Shown piece after piece: positions 57,219-64,000 of a DNA stretch of 64,000 nt; within the stretch, counting starts at the first letter, position 1; every line of letters starts with the position of its first letter. The notes under the pieces are model-generated. The model ran no database searches and had not been told where the DNA came from. It was given only the letters and a program-made list of their open reading frames with translations. The position numbers were made by a program, and so were the translations under genes. This DNA is from Nitrososphaeria archaeon (GTDB taxonomy: Archaea; Thermoproteota; Nitrososphaeria; Nitrososphaerales; JANXEG01): contig JARVKA010000001.1 of assembly GCA_029775915.1 (NCBI GenBank), positions 98,594 to 162,593 on the forward strand, read 5' to 3'.

Positions 57219-58571
57219 TCAAATCCCTCCTATAAATCTACCTGGATTCAATATCCCTTTCGGATCAAATCGATCTTTAATAGCCTTCATTAAGAAAAAG
57301 TCCTTTCTAATAGGTCCCCATACATCAACTTTTTCTTTAACACTTAATGGTGCGCATTCAACCACTAAACTACTCGCAGAGCCTATACTTAATACATAAG
57401 CTCTTAACTCTTCTATCGCTTTTACAAGCTCGTATGGATTTTCGGAATTAAAATAAGTATAAAGAATACCAAGCCCCAAATGGGCTGTTATAGAATATTG
57501 TAAAGCATATTTCTCAGAAATCTTTTGTGTAAAATCCATAACATCCCCAACTTTAGAGATTAAAGTACTGATCTTACATCTAATTGAGAACTTATTTGAT
57601 GATAAATTAGGATATTCTTGTATTTTCTTCCATAATGATTCATGCTCACTACCATTTATGGAGAATGCAGTTATTGAATCATGCTTCTTAACAATTTCTA
57701 ACAACTCAGAAATCCTTCTTCTCATACTATCTTTAGTTATGCTTAATACCTTTAAAGCTAGTAAATACCCCTTAGAGATATTCAAACTATTTAATATCTC
57801 ACATGAGTTAGGATCGAATCCTTCTATAGCTGAAGGCCCTATACCTATAGATGAGTGGCTTACCATTAATACTTCTTTATACGCTTTAACAAAATCGTTA
57901 ATTGAGTTAAATACTGCAAGAAAGCTTTCTTCAAACTCTGGTAAAGGTGCGAGTTTAAAAGTTACTTGAGTTATTACACCGAGTGTACCGATTGAACCTA
58001 TGTATAATTTCTTTATATCATAACCAGCTACATTTTTTACAACTTTTCCACCAAACTTCGTTAAAGTCCCGTCAGAGTTTGCTACTTTAATACCCAACAA
58101 AAGATCTCTTACCCCGCCGTAAAGATGGCGTATAGGTCCAAAAGAATTTGAGGCAACTACACCTCCTAATGTAGCTAATGATGAGTATGGTGGATCTAAT
58201 GGTAAAAATTGACCTTTATTAACTAAAACTTTTTGAAGTTCATCTAAAATAATTCCTCCTTCAGCTGTAACTACAAGTTCTTCTGGCAAATACTCAATTA
58301 TTTTATTCAACCTTTTGAGTAAAAGTATTATATCTACCCTTTTAGGTATATTACCTAAACTCATCATAGTCCCCCCTCCCCAAGGTATAATTGAAATACC
58401 CTCATCATTCGCTCTCTTTAAAATCTCAGCTACTTCCTCCATCGATTTTGGAATAACTACAGCTTTTGGTTTAAGACCATCAACTTCGAACTTTTCAACT
58501 TCCTCACTAGTAAGCGCTTCTGAATTTGAGATTACACGATTTATTGCTAACTCTGAATTTTTATTTGACAT
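57219..58571 (-). CDS. glcE: FAD-binding PCMH-type oxidase subunit, GlcE-like
   Basis: 450 aa. FAD-binding segment IIPWGGGT. C-terminal ..DPKGILNPGRF typical of FAD-linked oxidases. Confidence 0.7.
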   Translation of the reverse strand: MSNKNSELAINRVISNSEALTSEEVEKFEVDGLKPKAVVIPKSMEEVAEILKRANDEGISIIPWGGGTMMSLGNIPKRVDIILLLKRLNKIIEYLPEELVVTAEGGIILDELQKVLVNKGQFLPLDPPYSSLATLGGVVASNSFGPIRHLYGGVRDLLLGIKVANSDGTLTKFGGKVVKNVAGYDIKKLYIGSIGTLGVITQVTFKLAPLPEFEESFLAVFNSINDFVKAYKEVLMVSHSSIGIGPSAIEGFDPNSCEILNSLNISKGYLLALKVLSITKDSMRRRISELLEIVKKHDSITAFSINGSEHESLWKKIQEYPNLSSNKFSIRCKISTLISKVGDVMDFTQKISEKYALQYSITAHLGLGILYTYFNSENPYELVKAIEELRAYVLSIGSASSLVVECAPLSVKEKVDVWGPIRKDFFLMKAIKDRFDPKGILNPGRFIGGI

Positions 58572-58581
58572 ATAAAAAACC

Positions 58582-59988
58582 TCACGAAGCTAAAATCTTT
58601 ACCTCCTTTTCAGGGAAAATCTTACCAGGATTGCATAAGCCTTTAGGATCGAAGATTTCTTTGATAAAGAGCATACGCTTCAATTCATCTTTACTATATT
58701 GTACGGGCATTAACTCAGCTTTTTCAATACCTACTCCATGCTCGCCAGTAATCGTCCCACCAACATCTAAACATAATTTGAGAATATCAAGGCCTAATTT
58801 CAAAGCCTCTTGCTCCTTACCCTCAACTCTTGGATCGTAAAGAATTATAGGATGAAGATTCCCCTCTCCAGCATGAAATACATTAGCGATCATGAAACCA
58901 TGCTCCTCGCCCCACTTTCTTATAATAGGCATAACTTCAGGGAGTTTGGATCTAGGTATTGTACCATCATCAACTACATAACTAGGTGCAAGATTGCCCA
59001 TAGATCCGAAAGCTGCTTTACGACCAGCCATTAACTTAGCCATGCCATCAGGATCCTTCGCCATCTCTACACTACGTGCATGATTCTTCTTACAAATCTC
59101 TATAATCTTCTCACTTTGCACATCTAACTCATCTTCAAACCCATCAACTTCGAATAGTAAGATCGCTTCTGCATCTAAAGGCAAGCCACAAGCTTTAACA
59201 CCAGATTCAACAGCCTTAATAGCATACTTATCCATGAATTCTATAACAGCTGGAAGCTTACCTACTGCTATAACTTCAGAAACGGTATTTGACGCATCTA
59301 CCAAAGAGTCGAATATTGCTAGAATAACCGCAGTAGCTGGTGGTTTACGTAAAATCCTTACAACAGCTTTTGTTACTATACCTAAAGTCCCTTCAGAACC
59401 TACCATAAGTCCAACTAAATCGTAGCCTGGTGGATCGAGTGCTTTTCCACCCAATTCTAAAACATCTCCATTAGGTAAAACCATTTCTAATCCCAATACA
59501 TGATTCGTTGTAACACCATATTTGAGGCAATGATTTCCTCCAGCATTATGAGCTATATTACCACCTATGCTCGATACTGTATAGCTTGCAGGATCTGGAG
59601 CGTAAAAGAAGCCCTTTTCCGATGCAACTGCGGTTATTTGTGGTGCAGTAACATAAGGCTCAACAACAACCCTTTGATTATCAAAATCAACTTCTAAGAT
59701 GCTATTCATTCTTGCAAATGCAATAACAACCCCTCCCCTTATTGGTACAGCGCTACCACTTAACGCAGTCCCAGCACCCCTCGCTAAGTATGGAATATTG
59801 TATTTATTACAAATATTTACAATATTCACAACTTCATCCCTTGAGGTTGGTAAAACTACAACATCGGGCATACTTTTGAAGAATGTTTGACCATCACATT
59901 CATATACCATAAGCTCTTCTTTTTTACGAAGTAAACGATCAATACCTACAATACTCTCTAACTCTTTTAAAATATGATCACTAATCAT
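58582..59988 (-). CDS. glcD: FAD-linked oxidase, GlcD / D-lactate dehydrogenase-like
   Basis: 468 aa. RGAGTALSG FAD motif, GEHGVG, and C-terminal DPKGLCNPGK. Confidence 0.85.
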   Translation of the reverse strand: MISDHILKELESIVGIDRLLRKKEELMVYECDGQTFFKSMPDVVVLPTSRDEVVNIVNICNKYNIPYLARGAGTALSGSAVPIRGGVVIAFARMNSILEVDFDNQRVVVEPYVTAPQITAVASEKGFFYAPDPASYTVSSIGGNIAHNAGGNHCLKYGVTTNHVLGLEMVLPNGDVLELGGKALDPPGYDLVGLMVGSEGTLGIVTKAVVRILRKPPATAVILAIFDSLVDASNTVSEVIAVGKLPAVIEFMDKYAIKAVESGVKACGLPLDAEAILLFEVDGFEDELDVQSEKIIEICKKNHARSVEMAKDPDGMAKLMAGRKAAFGSMGNLAPSYVVDDGTIPRSKLPEVMPIIRKWGEEHGFMIANVFHAGEGNLHPIILYDPRVEGKEQEALKLGLDILKLCLDVGGTITGEHGVGIEKAELMPVQYSKDELKRMLFIKEIFDPKGLCNPGKIFPEKEVKILAS

Positions 59989-60524
59989 TTTATTTAATCA
60001 CCATTTTATGATTTAACATCTCAATCGAAATAATTAGCGGCATCATCTACTTTATATCATTTGCGCTTATAGAATTAGAGATTGTCAATAAAGTAATAAA
60101 ATTATTCACCCTTTATTTAGTGTAAACGAGCAGAAAAAATTTAATTTTTTCTAAAAAAATCTAACACTAAAAATTTTCAAAAACTCAAGAATTTTTAACA
60201 TTTACACGATGCTCTTGTATTTGTTTGAATGGATTTAAATTTAGATATAAATGATTTTTCAATTTTCATTACCATCTTCACGATCTCATAGAATTATAAT
60301 ATTAAATATATGGGAATATTTTTGCCTTAGTTAATGCCTCAATATACTCAAAAATTACAATCCTCTTTGGTAATTTGGTAATATTATTTTACAATTATAG
60401 GAACTTTGATTGTTAAGATGATGAACTCGAATAAGAATAAATTAAATTTTTGTCCATTTTTGCTTACCTTATCTTAACAAACTTTTCGCAAAACTTTTAT
60501 ATAGATTTTACTAAATTTTAAAGT

Positions 60525-60710
60525 ATGCCAACAGTTCATATACATATGTATGAGGGAAGAACAAAAGAGCAAAAGCGCAATCTGGTTAAGAATGTGACTG
60601 ATGCGATTGTAAAGAGCCTTGATGTTAAGCCTGAAGCAGTTACTATCTTTCTTCATGAAATATCAAAAGAGAATGTTGCAAAAGCTGGAAAGATTGTTGC
60701 TGAGGCTTAA
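60525..60710 (+). CDS. 4-oxalocrotonate tautomerase family protein
   Basis: 61 aa. MPTVHIHMYEGRT has the catalytic Pro1 after Met removal, with a beta-alpha-beta pattern. Confidence 0.8.
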   Translation: MPTVHIHMYEGRTKEQKRNLVKNVTDAIVKSLDVKPEAVTIFLHEISKENVAKAGKIVAEA

Positions 60711-60780
60711 ACATTATCTATGTGATAAGGTCGTAGTAGACATAATGGGAGTGCTTTGTATTATAAAGTAGCACTAATTT

Positions 60781-61650
60781 TTAGTGTATTTTATCTTTAA
60801 AGATAGTTGAAGCAATTATTAATGTTAGTGAAGAAAAGATTAGAAATGAGCCTAAAATTTTGTTTAAAGTGAGTACCTCATTAAATATTAATACTCCTAT
60901 GGAGACGCCCAAAGCTGGTTCAATTAAAGTGATGAATCCTACTTTACTTGCCTCAATCAATTTAACGCTCTTAAATAAAAGATAATAAGCCAAAGCTCCT
61001 CCAATTAAACCTAAATAAATAGCGCATACTAACCATAAACCTAAACTTGGCTTTGAGATAAATGATGAATATAATGTTAAAATTAAGAATGCCCAAAATG
61101 CTGATCCTGTTGAAATATCAAACGTTGCAAAGCCTTTCGTACCCAAATATTTACCATAAACTGTGATAAGTGCGTAAAGAAAACCTGAGGAAATAGCTGA
61201 TATTAAACCTAAAGCACTCATTGTATTATCCCTCATCCCTATATTATCACTTAAAAAGAATACACCAATTATCGCTAAAATCAAACTAACTATTTTATAC
61301 CTTGTTATATGCTCATTAAATAAAAATTTTGAGAGAATCATCACCCATGCTGGTGAAGTATATAGTAAAAGTACCGCTACCGATATGCCGACTTCTTGAA
61401 TAGCTTTAAAATAAGTTATTTGAAATGGGGCTATGATTAATAATCCAAATGCTATAAGCTCTTTCTTGAAGAAGTTTTTAAATCTTCCTAAAACTATTAA
61501 TGGAATACTGGTAAAGAGTGTTCTTATAGCACCTATCCATAAAATATCCCCTCCAAGATAAATTCCAATTTTTATAGTGGCACCTACGGTAGACCAAATA
61601 CATCCTGCACTTATAGCGTATAAAAGTCCTATAATCCCTTTAGTTCTCAT
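60781..61650 (-). CDS. EamA/DMT-family transporter
   Basis: 289 aa with about 10 TM segments in two similar halves. Confidence 0.7.
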   Translation of the reverse strand: MRTKGIIGLLYAISAGCIWSTVGATIKIGIYLGGDILWIGAIRTLFTSIPLIVLGRFKNFFKKELIAFGLLIIAPFQITYFKAIQEVGISVAVLLLYTSPAWVMILSKFLFNEHITRYKIVSLILAIIGVFFLSDNIGMRDNTMSALGLISAISSGFLYALITVYGKYLGTKGFATFDISTGSAFWAFLILTLYSSFISKPSLGLWLVCAIYLGLIGGALAYYLLFKSVKLIEASKVGFITLIEPALGVSIGVLIFNEVLTLNKILGSFLIFSSLTLIIASTIFKDKIH

Positions 61651-61830
61651 AATTTTTCAGTTTTTAATAACAAAGCTTACATTAATCACTTTTGCTAACA
61701 TTCTTTAATCAATATCATAGATCATTTTATTATTTTTCCTTTTCTCACATAAAAGAAAATTGAAGAAGTATATGAAATGGATTTAATGAACAAACATAAA
61801 AATCACTTAGTTTTTGATATATTAAATTGC

Positions 61831-63072
61831 TTATATGAGTTTCTTTTGTAAAGATTCGATTACTATTTTCCCATAAAGACCATCATATCCAGGTATTACT
61901 TTAATGCTATCCTCCCTAACCGCTTGTATAGTTATTGCTATTTCTTTACCAGCTACCCTTTCAATCTCAGCCAATGGTGCAAATATCATAACTGAAAATT
62001 CATTTCCAAAAGCTTTTATGAGATTATCATAAATCATTTGAACACTTTTTACATAAGGTGATGAAGCTCCAATAACAGTAGCAATAACTTCATGAAGTGG
62101 GAGTAAATGATGGAACCAAGGTACATCCTTAGGCATATATCCTTGTGGTCTATCAGCCAATTCTTCAACCCTTTGCTCAACACCTTTCGTTAATATCTTT
62201 CCACACTTTGGACATTTATTACCATGTTTAATCGCTTCAATACCTGACATTGATACTTCACAATTTCTATGGCCGCTATAATGATACTTACCATATTCAG
62301 GCTTTGTCTCTATTGTAGATAGGAATCGTTTAGGGTCTTTTGTACGAATCACATTTAATATCTCAATATAGCTTAACTCATCTAACTCAAATACATTTGC
62401 TTCACGCCCTAAACGGTAAGGTTGGGGTGAATGGCTATCACTATTTGAAATTAATGTATATCGATCAAGCTCACTTACTCTCCAATTCATTGGTGGATCG
62501 CTTGAAAGGCCAGTCTCCAATGCATGAATATGATGAACTTGATCTGCATAACATTCCTTTATTGAATCATATCCACTATTAGCACCCAAAATACTCCACC
62601 ATGGTGTCCAAATATGTGCTGGAATAATCTCAATAAGCTCAGATATTTGCTTTATTTTCTCAACAAGCTCTGGTGATGTTAATGTTAAAACTGGTCTACC
62701 ATCAACTTCTAAATCACCACTCTTTCTTAATACATCAGAGATTTGAGCTGCTACATCTAAAGATGGAATTAAGAGTAAATGATGAATTTTACGAGTCTTA
62801 CCAGCATCAAAATAAACTGTAGCTACCTCTGTAGTTATCATAAACCGTATGGGTAATTGAGGCTTTTCCTTTAATTTTAAAAGATTCGTATCACCATCTG
62901 GAATTAATAATTCTGAAACTTCTTTAAACCATTTTGGATGTGTTATATCACCAGTACCAACAATTTGAAGCCCTTTTATCATAGCGTAATAAGCTATTGT
63001 GTGAATATTCATATTCACACTTGTTGCTGCACTATACTTTGAATGAATATGTAAATCAGCAAATATTTTCAT
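61831..63072 (-). CDS. Endonuclease Q-like PHP-domain nuclease
   Basis: ADLHIHSKYS PHP motif, NSDSHSP, zinc finger CPKCG, and C-terminal PGYDGLYGKI. Colinear with Pyrococcus EndoQ as I remember it. Confidence 0.7.
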   Translation of the reverse strand: MKIFADLHIHSKYSAATSVNMNIHTIAYYAMIKGLQIVGTGDITHPKWFKEVSELLIPDGDTNLLKLKEKPQLPIRFMITTEVATVYFDAGKTRKIHHLLLIPSLDVAAQISDVLRKSGDLEVDGRPVLTLTSPELVEKIKQISELIEIIPAHIWTPWWSILGANSGYDSIKECYADQVHHIHALETGLSSDPPMNWRVSELDRYTLISNSDSHSPQPYRLGREANVFELDELSYIEILNVIRTKDPKRFLSTIETKPEYGKYHYSGHRNCEVSMSGIEAIKHGNKCPKCGKILTKGVEQRVEELADRPQGYMPKDVPWFHHLLPLHEVIATVIGASSPYVKSVQMIYDNLIKAFGNEFSVMIFAPLAEIERVAGKEIAITIQAVREDSIKVIPGYDGLYGKIVIESLQKKLI

Positions 63073-63112
63073 CTAACCCTTCCCAAATATGTATTTTTAA
63101 CATCATAAATTT

Positions 63113-63748
63113 TTATGTTTCAATTTGAGATGGAAGCCATTTCTTAAGAAGCTTTGCCCAATTAATTTTCACCATAGCGTAAATGATTATAATAACGATA
63201 ATTAAAAAGATTATCGCTACAATTATACCTAAAGCTGGATCGATCGTTCCCTCCATAAAAGGCTCAATAAAAGTTATTCCAAACATTCGAGCGCCAAAAG
63301 CAACTATGCTTATGAGAATTATCTTACCAGAAAATGTAGCGATAATGAAGCGCCAAAGGCTATATTTTGTGAAACCTAATGGAATATACACAATATCATC
63401 GGGTATTGGTGTTGCTGCTGCTATAAATGCAGCAATCCAACCATATTTTCCTACTAAAGTTTGGAGTGGTTGAATATTCTTTCTAGTCTTTTCACTAAGT
63501 AACCTTTGCCCTTCATAACTTACTCTAAATATCGCAGTTTTTGCTATAGTGGCACCAATTGCACTCGATAAAGCGATTAATAACGGGTCGAATGAAGGGT
63601 TAAGGCTAGCGAGTGCGACTGGTACAACATAAGGCGCAGGTATAAAAACTATGAAATTTGCAAGAAGGCTGAATACGAATATACCAAGATAGCCATAAGT
63701 GATTAAGTTCACATCGAACCATAACCAAAGATTTTGTAAAGAATTCAT
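63113..63748 (-). CDS. DedA / VTT-domain membrane protein
   Basis: 211 aa. TM segments plus the ..ATPIPDDIVYIPLGFTKYSLWRFIIATFSGK.. pattern of the DedA family. Confidence 0.55.
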   Translation of the reverse strand: MNSLQNLWLWFDVNLITYGYLGIFVFSLLANFIVFIPAPYVVPVALASLNPSFDPLLIALSSAIGATIAKTAIFRVSYEGQRLLSEKTRKNIQPLQTLVGKYGWIAAFIAAATPIPDDIVYIPLGFTKYSLWRFIIATFSGKIILISIVAFGARMFGITFIEPFMEGTIDPALGIIVAIIFLIIVIIIIYAMVKINWAKLLKKWLPSQIET

Positions 63749-63786
63749 TTCTTAATTACATTCCTTTATGAAGCTCATAAAACGTA

Positions 63787-64000
63787 TTAATAAGCTTTAC
63801 CAAAGTATGCAACAACACTAGCTTTATCACCACAATAAATGCAATTTGAAAAGACTTTTTCCTTTTTTAATGGTATGAGGCGAATATCAGCCCCAGTCTC
63901 TTCTTTTATCTTTTTCTCACATACAGGTTTTTGACACCAACATGCTTTCAATAAACCACCCTTACTATCCAAAAGCCTTTTAAATTCTTCATAATCTTTT
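63787..64000 (-). CDS. proS: Prolyl-tRNA synthetase, C-terminal fragment (gene continues beyond the window end)
   Basis: Archaeal-type ProRS C-terminal zinc domain ..CWCQKPVCEKKIKEETGADIRLIP...CIYCGDKASVVAYFGKAY, ending in Tyr. The frame is open upstream to position 64000 (..KDYEEFKRLLDSKGG). Confidence 0.75.
   Translation of the reverse strand, partial: KDYEEFKRLLDSKGGLLKACWCQKPVCEKKIKEETGADIRLIPLKKEKVFSNCIYCGDKASVVAYFGKAY

Noticed and set aside
59989-60524. 536-bp very AT-rich intergenic region with a 10-bp inverted repeat (AGAAAAAATT-T-AATTTTTTCT at 60132-60152). Considered as a replication origin.
   Set aside because: There is no orc1/cdc6 gene nearby and I could see no repeated ORB-like elements. 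The palindrome is nearly pure A/T and easily arises by chance. More likely this is the divergent promoter region of the glcD-like operon and the tautomerase gene.
1-64000. Scan for CRISPR arrays, rRNA genes and long tandem repeats.
   Set aside because: I found no regularly spaced direct repeats, no 16S/23S/5S-like conserved segments and no long tandem arrays by eye. The only repeats I could support are the ones listed: the hairpin at 1794-1875, the IS TIRs and TSD, and the paralog patches.

Overview
This is a 64-kb, visibly AT-rich archaeal chromosomal segment with no rRNA genes and no CRISPR array. All calls come from my own reading of the ORF translations and the DNA (motifs, domain order, synteny); no database search was possible. 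Marker genes: reverse gyrase, Alba, RadA, aIF6 / prefoldin alpha / FtsY, a SecE-Spt5-L11-L1-L10(P0) cluster with an inverted L12 gene, L40e, AspRS, a ProRS fragment, archaemetzincin, an EndoQ-like nuclease, an AglH-type glycosyltransferase and a Tes-like radical SAM enzyme. There are two CdvB/ESCRT-III genes, a diverged third copy, and Vps4/CdvC. All three tRNA genes carry introns (Trp two, Leu probably two, Thr one). This fits a thermophilic TACK/Thermoproteota-type archaeon. Two stretches are accessory or decayed. One is a 1.24-kb TnpB-type insertion element (20128-21365) with 31-bp terminal inverted repeats, an 8-bp target duplication and a frameshifted tnpB. The other is about 2.2 kb of broken genes next to tRNA-Leu (25432-27676), including an SMC/Rad50-like ATPase and a nuclease-like ORF. 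The most interesting region is 48.2-60.0 kb. A LipS1/LipS2 + LplA + GGR-like (LipT) lipoate-assembly cassette is followed by two modules that each pair a GcvH-like lipoyl-carrier protein with an HdrD/GlcF-type CCG-domain Fe-S protein. One module adds a NarI/HdrE-like membrane subunit; the other adds GlcD/GlcE flavoproteins. No glycine-cleavage or 2-oxoacid dehydrogenase genes are in the window. I propose, as a hypothesis only, a protein-bound-lipoate redox relay between a 2-hydroxyacid dehydrogenase and a membrane module.
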